From positions 2,610,001 to 2,642,000 of the forward strand of contig NC_006576.1 in NCBI RefSeq assembly GCF_000010065.1: 32,000 nucleotides of DNA, given 5' to 3'. The first letter of the stretch is position 1; every line of letters begins with the position of its first letter. Origin of the DNA: Synechococcus elongatus PCC 6301 (GTDB taxonomy: Bacteria > Cyanobacteriota > Cyanobacteriia > Synechococcales > Synechococcaceae). The translations under genes and the position numbers were made by a program. The notes below the pieces were generated by a model. That model was not told where the DNA came from, searched no databases, and was given only the letters and a program-made list of their open reading frames with translations. Shown in pieces: positions 15,366 to 24,210 of the stretch.

Positions 15366-17561
15366 TTACCCTCGCGATCGCCGTAAATCTGCTGTCTCGG
15401 GAAACTCTTTGGAGCTGGGGAGGATCGGCCAGCGTTGCCAAGCGATCGCGGCCATCGGTTGAAAGCGATCGCGACAGCGTTGGGCTGCTTCGGCTGTAGA
15501 AGTTGGTAGCTGTTCATAAAAACCACCATCGGGGGCTTCAGGCCAATAGCAACAGCCCCCGAGTCCTTGTTGCCCTTCAAACAACTGAATTTCTAAGGGA
15601 ATTTGTGGTGCGATCGTGGCTAGGGGTAAAGTGCCCGGCCGTTGGCGTGCTTGGAAGCGGACGATCGCGATCGCTTGATCCAGGCCGGCGGGTTGCCAAG
15701 CAATCTGCCACCCATTACAGATGATCCGCAGCGATCGTAGGCGATCGGCTGGGCCTTGCACCCGAATTTGCAGACGTTCCAAGGAGGCATCGACGCCGCG
15801 ACTGGTGCCGCCCTGATTGACGTCCTCCGCTAGAACCGGCCAGGGTTCCAGGCTGTGCCGGAGTTCCAGCGACCAATCGGAGGCGATGGAACAGCATCCA
15901 AGCGTCGGAAAGCGATCGGCAAAGTGACTGGCAAACCAAGCGGGATTAAAGACAAATCCGGCGCGATTAAGGTCAGCCAATACACTCTGAAAATCAGCTT
16001 GAATGGCGGCTGGGCTGAGGAAGCGATCGTGCAGCTCAGTTCCCCAGCGGCGCAGGGGTGCCTGAAAAGGCGATCGCCAGAACCAAGCGACCAAAGCACG
16101 CACCAATAGCAGTTGCAGCAATCGTTCTGCCGCATCGGGGGGCATGGCAAATGCCCGCAGTTCCAACACGCCCCACTGCTGAGTGGGAATGCGACTCGGC
16201 CAGAGTTTATCGAGGCAAAATTCAGCGCGGTGGGTGTTACCACTGACATCAGCGAGCAAATGCCCTAAGAGAGCATCGATCGCTGCCGGATTGAGATCCG
16301 CTCGTAGCTGCTCAAAGGCCAGCTCCAGCTCGTAGAGAATTTCCGGCCGTCCTTCATCGACGCGAGGGGCTTGGCAGGTTGGGCCAATGAACCAGCCGGC
16401 AAAGCCGTAGGACAGGCTGGGGTGATGCTGCCAGTAGCTGATCAGGCTCTGTAGTAAATCCGGTCGTCGCAAGAGTGGACTGGTCTGGGGCGACCGCCCG
16501 CCCAGGGTAATGTGAGCCCCACCACCCGTATCCGTCAGAAGCCCATTGAACTGAAAGCGCTGTGCGGTCAACCCTAGGGACTGCGCCTCTTGATAGAGAC
16601 ACTGGGTTTGGGCAACCAGCGATCGCCAATCGCCAACCGGATGAATGTTGACCTCTAGTACCCCCGGATCCGGCGTCACTTGCAGACCCAGCAATTCAGG
16701 ATGACGGGACGGTGGATAGCCCTCTAGGCGAATCGGCTGCTGCAGGATGTCACTGGTTTTGGCGATCGCCTGCACGAGCTGGAGATGAGCCGGGACAGAA
16801 ATCAAGGGTGGCAAAAAGACGCGCAACTGCTGCTCAACTTGTCGCACCACCAAGGCAAGCTTGAGGCTGTTCGGCGGCGCGAGGATCGCAGGTCCAGGCT
16901 GCCATGAGTCTAAATCGGTGCTGTCATCGGGCTCGTAGGGTAGGTCGATATCGCCCAACTGCTGCAGAGGGAGACGCAAACCTAGGGGTGTCTCGCCTTC
17001 TAGGGGCACTAAGTTTGCAGACTCGGGCGCGATCCAAGCACAGGTTGCCCAAGCCGGTTGATCTGCCCTACGAATCGGGAGCAGTGGCAAAACCACCGCG
17101 CTTTCGGCTGGAACAATCCAAGGCTCCACAACCGGTAATTGCAGGACTTGCTGCAGCGTTTGGACGAATTGTTGGGCGGCATCAGTCGCAATCGCAGCTG
17201 TCGTTGCGGTAGAAACAGTCAGCGGTTCGCCACGCCAAAGTGGTTGTCCATCTCGCCGCCAGTAGGCACCTAAAGCCCAGCGCGGTGCCAGTTCACCCGG
17301 GTACCACTTGCCGGTTCCCTCCAGCAGGAGCGGCTGGGGCAGTTGAAAAGCGGTGACCAAGCGATCGAGCAGGCTTAGTCCCAGCTGATATTTCTCAGCC
17401 CCGAGGGCCGCCGTTCGCCATTGCAGATCCTCAAGCTGGTTGGCGGCGACAAACGTCGGTTCACCCCCCATCCACAGCTCTACACCGCTTGCTTGTAGGG
17501 CCGCTTCTACCCGATCGCCCAGCGCTGCGATCGCTGTCCAATGTTTTGCCGCTGACCCCAT
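15366..17561 (-). CDS. DUF2126-type putative amidoligase (transglutaminase-associated family), standalone, 731 aa
   Basis: It is a long high-GC ORF with good coding character. ELWMGGEPTFVAANQ lies near the N-terminus and DTGGGAHITLGG is internal, both as in DUF2126 proteins I remember. The family call is from memory. Confidence 0.65.
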   Translation of the reverse strand: MGSAAKHWTAIAALGDRVEAALQASGVELWMGGEPTFVAANQLEDLQWRTAALGAEKYQLGLSLLDRLVTAFQLPQPLLLEGTGKWYPGELAPRWALGAYWRRDGQPLWRGEPLTVSTATTAAIATDAAQQFVQTLQQVLQLPVVEPWIVPAESAVVLPLLPIRRADQPAWATCAWIAPESANLVPLEGETPLGLRLPLQQLGDIDLPYEPDDSTDLDSWQPGPAILAPPNSLKLALVVRQVEQQLRVFLPPLISVPAHLQLVQAIAKTSDILQQPIRLEGYPPSRHPELLGLQVTPDPGVLEVNIHPVGDWRSLVAQTQCLYQEAQSLGLTAQRFQFNGLLTDTGGGAHITLGGRSPQTSPLLRRPDLLQSLISYWQHHPSLSYGFAGWFIGPTCQAPRVDEGRPEILYELELAFEQLRADLNPAAIDALLGHLLADVSGNTHRAEFCLDKLWPSRIPTQQWGVLELRAFAMPPDAAERLLQLLLVRALVAWFWRSPFQAPLRRWGTELHDRFLSPAAIQADFQSVLADLNRAGFVFNPAWFASHFADRFPTLGCCSIASDWSLELRHSLEPWPVLAEDVNQGGTSRGVDASLERLQIRVQGPADRLRSLRIICNGWQIAWQPAGLDQAIAIVRFQARQRPGTLPLATIAPQIPLEIQLFEGQQGLGGCCYWPEAPDGGFYEQLPTSTAEAAQRCRDRFQPMAAIAWQRWPILPSSKEFPETADLRRSRG

Positions 17562-17638
17562 CGCTTGCCCCGTGACGGTGCTCCCTAGAAAGCCATGTCC
17601 GCGTTTGGGCTGCAGTGTCAGATGTTACGAGAAGGGGG

Positions 17639-18076
17639 CTACAGGGTTTCAAGGTAGCGCAAGAGGTCGGCCATGGTTTCTGGACTGGGCTGAAACTTAG
17701 GCATGGGAGGCGTTTCGCCAGTCGTTACCTGCCGGATCAAATCTTTGCGGGACTTGCGATTGGAGACATTAGCCAGGTCCGGTCCAACCAAACCCCGTCC
17801 TTCAGGCCCATGGCAGCCGGCACAGTTGATTTGAAAGATTGCCTGGCCGCGCTCAGCATTGCCCGGCAGGTTTAGCACCGTGCTGACGTAGGGATCGGCA
17901 GGACGAATAAGCGTGACCACTAGGCCGATCGCAACCATGACAGCAGTTGCCAGGAGCCAGCCCAAGGTCTGAGCGGCGCGAGATTCAATCGATTTGGAAA
18001 GAGATTGTTCCACAGCGCTCGCGATCGCGGGACTGAGACTGTCAGTCGTTTGCAGGACGTGTCTCAGAAGGATCAT
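17639..18076 (-). CDS. cytM: Membrane-anchored c-type cytochrome, CytM-like (145 aa)
   Basis: It has a single heme motif CAGCH, an N-terminal TM helix (LGWLLATAVMVAIGLVVTLI) and a Met-ligand region TGETPPMPKF. The layout and the sequence PYVSTVLNLPGNAERGQAIFQINCAGCHG resemble cytochrome cM. Confidence 0.7.
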   Translation of the reverse strand: MILLRHVLQTTDSLSPAIASAVEQSLSKSIESRAAQTLGWLLATAVMVAIGLVVTLIRPADPYVSTVLNLPGNAERGQAIFQINCAGCHGPEGRGLVGPDLANVSNRKSRKDLIRQVTTGETPPMPKFQPSPETMADLLRYLETL

Positions 18077-18193
18077 ACACCTTTACAATTAGAGGGGTAG
18101 CAGCAGCAATCGCCCCTTGCCTTGGGCTTTTCGGGGAGCTAGCTCAATCGCTACACTGCTTAAGCACCCTGTATTTCCAAGAGGCAGCCAATC

Positions 18194-18308
18194 ATGATCG
18201 AGCCCTTGCTCTGCGGTATCGTTCTTGGGCCTAATCCCGATTACCTCGGCGGGCTTGTTTATGGCAGCCTACCTGCAATATCGTCGCGGCAACCAACTCG
18301 GCGCCTAA
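18194..18308 (+). pseudogene. petG: Cytochrome b6f subunit PetG, with the reading frame interrupted by one extra nucleotide (115 nt from ATG to stop)
   Basis: Frame 1 (18194-18229) gives [12 protein letters not shown]. The +1 frame (18231-18308) gives [25 protein letters not shown] followed by a stop. Joined together they make a canonical 37-aa PetG (compare plant [35 protein letters not shown]). The extra base is one C of GGGCC at 18230/18231. Confidence 0.75.
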
Positions 18309-18337
18309 TCAGCCGCAGTTGTTGCTCTCAATCACTC

Positions 18338-18377
18338 AACCGCAGTCAGCCGATTGGTTTGCTGCGGTTCTGTTTTT
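18338..18377 (+). terminator. Rho-independent terminator after petG
   Basis: The 8-bp stem is aaccgcag (18338-18345) / ctgcggtt (18362-18369), followed by ctgTTTTT (18370-18377). Confidence 0.7.
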
Positions 18378-18418
18378 CTAGACCATTGACAATCGGCCTG
18401 ATTGACCGATGGAAAGTT

Positions 18419-18973
18419 TTAGTCCTTCTGGGGAACAGCCCAAGTGATCAGGCTGACTGCCGTACTGCCGTAGCGACGGCATTGCTTGAGTTCAAAATTG
18501 GGAGGAAGGGCGATCGCCCGATCGGGACGATGCTCAACAGCAATCTCTCCCTGCTCGTGCAAGAGCGATCGCTCCGCTAAGAGAGCCAGGACGGGTTCGT
18601 ACAGATCACCGTCGTAGGGCGGGTCGAAGTAAATCAAGTCAAAGGCTGGGGCATCCAGACTAGCCAGCAGGCGACAGATCTCCCCTTTTAACAGCCGTAC
18701 TTCTTGATCAGGCGCCTGTAATTTCTGCCAGTTCTGGGCGATCGCCCGACAGGCCTGGGCAGACTGCTCAATGCCCCACACCACGCTGGCCCCTCGGAGG
18801 AGTGCCTCGCCACCCATAGCGCCGCTGCCGGCACAGAGATCGAGCCAACGGCAGTCAGGAACTGCAAATTGCCAGACGTTGAAGATAGCGTTGCGTACCC
18901 GGGAAGGGGTCGGTCGGGTTCCCAAACCTGCAGGGGTTTGCAGCGATCGCCGGCCCGAAAGACGGATGCTCAT
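18419..18973 (-). CDS. rsmD: 16S rRNA (guanine966-N2)-methyltransferase RsmD (184 aa)
   Basis: TRPTPSRVRNAIFNVW, the SAM-binding LDLCAGSGAMGGEALLRGA and the catalytic FDPPYD are all present. It has a 4-nt overlap with hisH. Confidence 0.85.
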   Translation of the reverse strand: MSIRLSGRRSLQTPAGLGTRPTPSRVRNAIFNVWQFAVPDCRWLDLCAGSGAMGGEALLRGASVVWGIEQSAQACRAIAQNWQKLQAPDQEVRLLKGEICRLLASLDAPAFDLIYFDPPYDGDLYEPVLALLAERSLLHEQGEIAVEHRPDRAIALPPNFELKQCRRYGSTAVSLITWAVPQKD

Positions 18974-19638
18974 GCCACTGTTTGAAGCTGAGCCGCTGCA
19001 ACTTGGGTGACAAAATTAGCCAGCAGTTGCAAGCCAGCCTTCGCTGATTTTTCGGGGTGGAATTGCACAGCCCAGAGGCGATCGCGGGCGATCGCGGCGG
19101 TGACTGGTTGTGAACCATGCTGAACTGTCGCGGCTGTCAGGGTCGGTTCACTCGGGACTACGTAGTAGGTATGGACGAAGTAGAACCAAGGATCAGCGCC
19201 AAGATTTTGCCACAGGGGGCAATCGGGCTGCTGCAGTTGGAGTTGATTCCAGCCCATATGAGGAATGACTAGCCCAGGCTCACTGCGAAAGCGTTGAACC
19301 CGACCGGGCAAGATCCCTAGTCCGGCCGACTGTCCTTCTTCACTGGCTTCAAACAACAGTTGCAGACCCAAACAGATTCCCAAAAAAGGCTTGCCACTGG
19401 TTGCAGCCTGGTGCAGCGGTTCAATCAACTGGCGATCGCGCAGGTGGTCCATGGCTGGATCAAAAGCGCCAACCCCTGGCAGTAAGACACCATCCGCCGC
19501 CAGAATTGTGGCCGGATCAGCCGTCACGATCGGATTGGCCCCAGCAGCTTCTAGGCCCTTGCAGGCGGAGTGCAGGTTGCCCATGTCATAGTCAACCACG
19601 GCAATTTGAGGGGTGGAGGCCATGACGCTGAAGCTCAA
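18970..19638 (-). CDS. hisH: Imidazole glycerol phosphate synthase, glutamine amidotransferase subunit HisH (222 aa)
   Basis: IAVVDYDMGNLHS, the nucleophile-elbow motif GICLGLQLL and the FHPEKS catalytic His/Glu region are present. Confidence 0.93.
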   Translation of the reverse strand: MSFSVMASTPQIAVVDYDMGNLHSACKGLEAAGANPIVTADPATILAADGVLLPGVGAFDPAMDHLRDRQLIEPLHQAATSGKPFLGICLGLQLLFEASEEGQSAGLGILPGRVQRFRSEPGLVIPHMGWNQLQLQQPDCPLWQNLGADPWFYFVHTYYVVPSEPTLTAATVQHGSQPVTAAIARDRLWAVQFHPEKSAKAGLQLLANFVTQVAAAQLQTVA

Positions 19639-19829
19639 AGGAAACGGAACTACTTTTTATCTTAAGAGTCAGCGCGAGCCAGCCGCATTGAGGCTTGCTC
19701 CCCGGACGGTAATCGCCTAGAGTTTTAGCTTTGGTGGCAATTTCTGCTGTTTACGCATCGCTCACCGCTGGTTAGAGCCTCTGTTGTACCGCCGCCTCCG
19801 ACCTGCGTAGTCCGCAGTTTTTCGCCTTT

Positions 19830-21395
19830 ATGCTGCTGCCGTTTCTCCCTGTGCCACCGGCGTTCGTCCTTCCCGCTTCAATCGAAGGGCTGACAGAACG
19901 CTATTCCAGTCAAGTGCCTGCACCAGGGTCGGCAGCAGAACCGCTGCCCGGCTTCACGCCCAACCCACTGACATCCCCCCCGCGGCCGCGATCGCTCCGA
20001 CCGTTACGCCCCACTCTCAGCCCTAGCTTGCCGCCGGCGCTGGAGCCGGAAATCAGCCAGTCTCAAGATATTCGCCCCCTACCGGGCCGCCTTGATTCGA
20101 TTCCTGTTTTTAACAGCAATAATCCCGAAATTGTCTCAGGCGAAGGTATTTTGCTGTCGACCCTGCCGCCCGAGGGGATGGCCAATGCAAGCGCCCACTT
20201 AGGCTATGCCTTCGAGGGTCGTTTTGATATTTTCACACACCACATTTCCCGAGCGGCAACCCCCGAACAGGTGCGGACCATGTTTCAGGGTGTGGTGCTC
20301 TATAACCCCAGCGATCGCCCAGTGACGGTGCAGGTGCTGAATGGTGCCACCTACCTCACCCGCCCCGACGCCCTGTTTCTGCCCCTCAATTCCTACTTAG
20401 AAGACGCTCGCGGCAGTGTGTTTTCGGGGCCGGGTAGTCGCGTCGTTAATGATGTGCTGCGGGGCAATCGCCAAGGCGTGTTGCCAGAGTCGATCGTCAT
20501 TCCCCCGCGATCGCCCCAACTGCTGGTCAATCTGCCGATTCCGGTTGGGCCGCTGACCCCTTCATCCAATACGCGATCGCTCCTGATGCGCTTACAGAGT
20601 GATGGCAAGGTCTATGTCGCCAATGTGGCGTTATACGCGCCCCGCGATGAGCAAGGCAATGAGCGTGCGCCTAGTTTGGAAAATTTCTGGTCGACGCTAC
20701 AGACTGGCTCGTTGGTCAAACCCAATGATGCTATCCCGACACCGCCGCGATCGGTGTTCTTTGTCAGTCGCCTGATCTACGGGCGGGTGGCGGGGGTCAC
20801 CGAGGGTTCGGTATGGCGCTCGACCGTTACAGATCCTGGCAGCGATAAGCTCACGATTGCAGCCCCCGGCCAAGCGATCGCCTATCCGATCAGCACCCTA
20901 CCCCGAGGCACGCTAGGCACTTCCCAAGTGCAAAGTGCACCGATGCTGGCTCGCTATCCCTTCTCAGCCTATCTGTCCCACGGCAACTACGGCGTTGAGT
21001 ATGACCTGACCTTCCCGCTGTTCAACGGCAGCGATCGCAGTAAAGCCGTCGCAGTGGTTTTTCATACGCCGGTCAAAACTGATGAGGGCAGCGAGCTGCG
21101 CTTCCTGCGAGAACCACCCGATCGCGTTTTTTATCGCGGCACCCTGCGCCTGCAGTTCGAGAATGATCGCGGTCGTGAAGAGACACGCTTCGTCCATGTC
21201 GTGCAAAAGCGGGGGCAGCTTGGTGAACCGCTAATTATTTTGAATTTAAAACCGGGGGAGCTGCGCAAGGTGCGAGCTAGCCTGATTTACCCCGCAGATG
21301 CAACGCCGCCCCAGGTCTTTTCGATCTACACCCTTGATCCAGTCTCTGCTGGTCAACTGCAACCAGTCCTGCAGGATCTGCGCCTGCGGTTTTAA
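19830..21395 (+). CDS. Conserved hypothetical protein (possibly DUF3370-like), 521 aa, with a proline-rich N-terminal ~80 aa
   Basis: It is the only long ORF here, and ATG 19830 is the first in-frame start after a stop at 19773. IRPLPGRLDSIPVFNSNNPEIVSGEGILLST resembles a cyanobacteria-restricted family as I recall it. I assign no function. Confidence 0.6.
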   Translation: MLLPFLPVPPAFVLPASIEGLTERYSSQVPAPGSAAEPLPGFTPNPLTSPPRPRSLRPLRPTLSPSLPPALEPEISQSQDIRPLPGRLDSIPVFNSNNPEIVSGEGILLSTLPPEGMANASAHLGYAFEGRFDIFTHHISRAATPEQVRTMFQGVVLYNPSDRPVTVQVLNGATYLTRPDALFLPLNSYLEDARGSVFSGPGSRVVNDVLRGNRQGVLPESIVIPPRSPQLLVNLPIPVGPLTPSSNTRSLLMRLQSDGKVYVANVALYAPRDEQGNERAPSLENFWSTLQTGSLVKPNDAIPTPPRSVFFVSRLIYGRVAGVTEGSVWRSTVTDPGSDKLTIAAPGQAIAYPISTLPRGTLGTSQVQSAPMLARYPFSAYLSHGNYGVEYDLTFPLFNGSDRSKAVAVVFHTPVKTDEGSELRFLREPPDRVFYRGTLRLQFENDRGREETRFVHVVQKRGQLGEPLIILNLKPGELRKVRASLIYPADATPPQVFSIYTLDPVSAGQLQPVLQDLRLRF

Positions 21396-21673
21396 GGCAA
21401 CCTCAGCTCTAGTGCCCTAGCGATCGCGTCAGCAGGAATCTGGTGTTGCTGCGTGGGGCAATCGTGTATGGAGCAGAGAGATGAGAACAATTGAATTCGA
21501 TCTGATCAGCTGCAAACCCGTTGCCGTCACTGGCTAGTTTGACCCGTAGCGCTCATGATTTAGCCGATCAGTCTCACCCAAAATCTTGTTGCGGGGGGCT
21601 AGGGGAGTCGACTCCCCCATGGTGTGTGCGCTGGGGGTGCGCAATCACTCCTACGGACAGAGGCTGTTGACTC

Positions 21674-22102
21674 TCAACCAATTTCTTTATCAGATAGTCC
21701 TAACCCAATTGCAGACTGCGATGACCAGTAGGCGGCGTGTTCGGGCAAGACCCAGCGAATGCCCCCACGAGGATCGGGGCGATCGCCGCTGTAACGGGGA
21801 ATCAGGTGGATGTGGGCTTGGTCGATCGTTTGACCAGCAGCCAGACCGTCATTGAGGCCCACATTGAAACCAGCGGGTTGATATTGCTGTTGGAGTAGCG
21901 ATCGCACGATCGCAACGAGTTCCCAACTAGCCTGAAATTCCGCAGTGGGTAACTCAAACAGCGATCCAACGGCTCGTTTCGGAACCACCAGACTATGACC
22001 TGGCGAGACGGGATAGCGATCGCGGAAGGCGACCGCCCAGTCATTTTCGGCGAGTAGCTCTAAGGCGGCCCGTCCGCCGAAGGCAGCCAGTCCATTACTC
22101 AT
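21674..22102 (-). CDS. HIT-family (histidine triad) nucleotide hydrolase/transferase (142 aa)
   Basis: The histidine triad is QAHIHLIPR, with upstream YPVSPGHSLVVPKR. It has a 4-nt overlap with murE. Confidence 0.85.
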   Translation of the reverse strand: MSNGLAAFGGRAALELLAENDWAVAFRDRYPVSPGHSLVVPKRAVGSLFELPTAEFQASWELVAIVRSLLQQQYQPAGFNVGLNDGLAAGQTIDQAHIHLIPRYSGDRPDPRGGIRWVLPEHAAYWSSQSAIGLGLSDKEIG

Positions 22103-23592
22103 GCAGACTGACGCTCGGCCAAGGCCAACCGCGCCTGCTCGCGATCGTCGAAGTGAATTTTGGTCGTGCCAAGAATCTGATAGTCTTCGTGGCCTTTGCC
22201 CGCCAAGAGCACCCCATCACCGGGCTGAGCTGAGAGAATCGCCTGACGAATCGCTGCTGCGCGATCGGCTTCAACCACCACCGGACTGGCAGCCGGAATG
22301 CCCGCCACAATATCCGCCAAAATCTGGCGCGGATCTTCGGTGCGCGGGTTGTCGGAAGTAATAATGACGCGATCGGCCAGTCGTGCCGCAATTTCTCCCA
22401 TCAGAGGACGTTTGGTGCGATCGCGATCGCCGCCACAGCCAAACACACAGATCAGCTCACCTTGAATGAATGGACGAGCCGCTTTTAGGAGATTTTCGAG
22501 ACTGTCGGGCGTGTGGGCATAGTCGACGATCACCGTCGGATCGCTGTCTTGACCCACGACCCGTTCCATCCGACCGGGTACGCCAACAAAGTCAGGGACG
22601 ACGGCCAGCATTGTCTCGATCGGCAGGCCCAAGGTCCAACCCGCAGCGATCGCCCCTAACAGGTTCGCGAGATTGAACTGACCGACCAGAGGCGATCGGA
22701 AGGGAAAAGCACCATCTGGCGTCTTAATCGTGCCTTCAACTCCGGTAGGCCCGTACTGCAAATCAGTCGTGCAAAAGTCCGCTGTTCCCACAACGCTGTA
22801 AGTCAGACATTGCCCGGGTGGTGTCATCGTAATCAAGCGCTGACCGTAGGCATCGTCGGCGTTGATCACTGCTTTGCCGCGCAGATAGGGCGGCGCAAAC
22901 AATCTGGCTTTGGCCGCAAAGTAGGCCTCCATCGTCCCGTGATAATCCAAGTGATCTTGGGTCAGGTTCGTGAAGACGGCAACATCAAAGCCGCAACCGT
23001 TGACCCGACCTTGATCGAGTGCGTGGGAACTAACTTCCATGACAGCAGCTTGGCAACCTGCGTCTACTGCCGTCGCCAGTTGAGCCTGCAAATCCGTGGC
23101 AAAAGGCGTTGTATGTTGCGCCACTTCGGAATAGCCGGGCCAGCGGTTATAAAGCGTGCCTAGGAGGGCGGTTTTCGTGTCGGCAGCGTTGAGAAAATGC
23201 TCAACTAGATGGGTGGTTGTCGTTTTGCCATTCGTGCCGGTCACTCCGATTAACTTGAGGGTCTGCGCCGGTTGGTTGTAGAAGGCTGCCGCGATCGCCC
23301 CAGCCGTCACCGGCATTTGATCGCTCAAGATTAGGCAGGCCTCTGGGTTGGCCGAGAGTGGCCGTTGGGCTAGCGCCGTAGGTGTCACGATCACAGCCAC
23401 TGCCCCCGCCGCGATTGCTTCGGGCCAAAATTGACCGCCATCGACTTGGGTGCCCGGCATTCCCAGAAACAGATCGCCGGGTTGACAGCGACGGGAGTCA
23501 GTTTGGAGGCCGGTAATGGCTAAATCTAAGGCGGCATGTTGCGGTTGGAGGACCTGGGTCGGGGTTGAAGCGAGCAGCGATCGCAGGTTCAT
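22099..23592 (-). CDS. murE: UDP-N-acetylmuramoyl-L-alanyl-D-glutamate--2,6-diaminopimelate ligase MurE (497 aa; alternative start 23607)
   Basis: It has the Mur ligase P-loop GVTGTNGKTTT and the meso-DAP specificity motif SDNPRTEDP. ATG 23592 has GGAGGG 5 nt upstream. Confidence 0.93.
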   Translation of the reverse strand: MNLRSLLASTPTQVLQPQHAALDLAITGLQTDSRRCQPGDLFLGMPGTQVDGGQFWPEAIAAGAVAVIVTPTALAQRPLSANPEACLILSDQMPVTAGAIAAAFYNQPAQTLKLIGVTGTNGKTTTTHLVEHFLNAADTKTALLGTLYNRWPGYSEVAQHTTPFATDLQAQLATAVDAGCQAAVMEVSSHALDQGRVNGCGFDVAVFTNLTQDHLDYHGTMEAYFAAKARLFAPPYLRGKAVINADDAYGQRLITMTPPGQCLTYSVVGTADFCTTDLQYGPTGVEGTIKTPDGAFPFRSPLVGQFNLANLLGAIAAGWTLGLPIETMLAVVPDFVGVPGRMERVVGQDSDPTVIVDYAHTPDSLENLLKAARPFIQGELICVFGCGGDRDRTKRPLMGEIAARLADRVIITSDNPRTEDPRQILADIVAGIPAASPVVVEADRAAAIRQAILSAQPGDGVLLAGKGHEDYQILGTTKIHFDDREQARLALAERQSA

Positions 23593-23631
23593 GGATTCCC
23601 TCCGCATTGGGCGTTAGCGTGTTTTAGCAGA

Positions 23632-23898
23632 TCAGGCGCGATCGTTGAAGCGTTCTAGCAAGCTTTCAACTTGGCTAAGGCTGGCGCGGGGGGCTAAGCG
23701 CGGCAAGGGCGTTTCTCGGCCATCACCATCGAGCCGACAAAGCACCGGCACCTCAAATTGATAGGCGGCAAACCATTGGGGATTCAAGCTGATATCGCGG
23801 ATTTCCAACTCGATCGGTAGCGATCGCACCTGCTGGAGCTTTTCCGCCAGCCCCTCACAGAGATGACAGCCTTCTTTGCTGTAGAGCACTAATCGCAT
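23632..23898 (-). CDS. Glutaredoxin-like thioredoxin-fold protein (88 aa)
   Basis: [17 protein letters not shown] contains a CxxC at the expected beta1-alpha1 position, followed by VPVL. The size is typical of the small glutaredoxin-2-like family. Confidence 0.75.
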   Translation of the reverse strand: MRLVLYSKEGCHLCEGLAEKLQQVRSLPIELEIRDISLNPQWFAAYQFEVPVLCRLDGDGRETPLPRLAPRASLSQVESLLERFNDRA

Positions 23899-24137
23899 GG
23901 GGACTTTCCGCAGGAACAGGAGGGCAGCGGCGGAACCGGGTCATAGCCGCCGGGATGAAAGGGATGGCAGCGCAAGATGCGGCAAAGTGTCAGCCAACTC
24001 CCCTTGAGGGGGCCAAAGCGATCAATCGCCTCTAGACCGTACTGGGAGCAGGTGGGATAGAAGCGACAACTGGCGGGAGTCAGCGGCGAAATCCAGCGTC
24101 GATAGAACTGGATCAGGGCCAGGAGCAGCAATTTCAT
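23889..24137 (-). CDS. yidD: Membrane protein insertion efficiency factor YidD (82 aa)
   Basis: [62 protein letters not shown] is the YidD signature. I chose ATG 24137 because the 128-codon ORF extension runs across the rpsD start region. It has a 10-nt overlap with the downstream gene. Confidence 0.85.
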   Translation of the reverse strand: MKLLLLALIQFYRRWISPLTPASCRFYPTCSQYGLEAIDRFGPLKGSWLTLCRILRCHPFHPGGYDPVPPLPSCSCGKSPCD

Positions 24138-24210
24138 TAGCCTATCCGGCGAGGGTTGCGCGATCGCGGTATGATGTGAGTTTTGGACAAATCCTTCAGA
24201 GGACTGCCCG

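Noticed and set aside
18194-18580. 128-aa ORF in the track beginning [12 protein letters not shown].
   Set aside because: Only the first 12 codons are PetG. The remainder is out-of-frame read-through caused by the extra base, and it overlaps the rsmD coding region in antisense.
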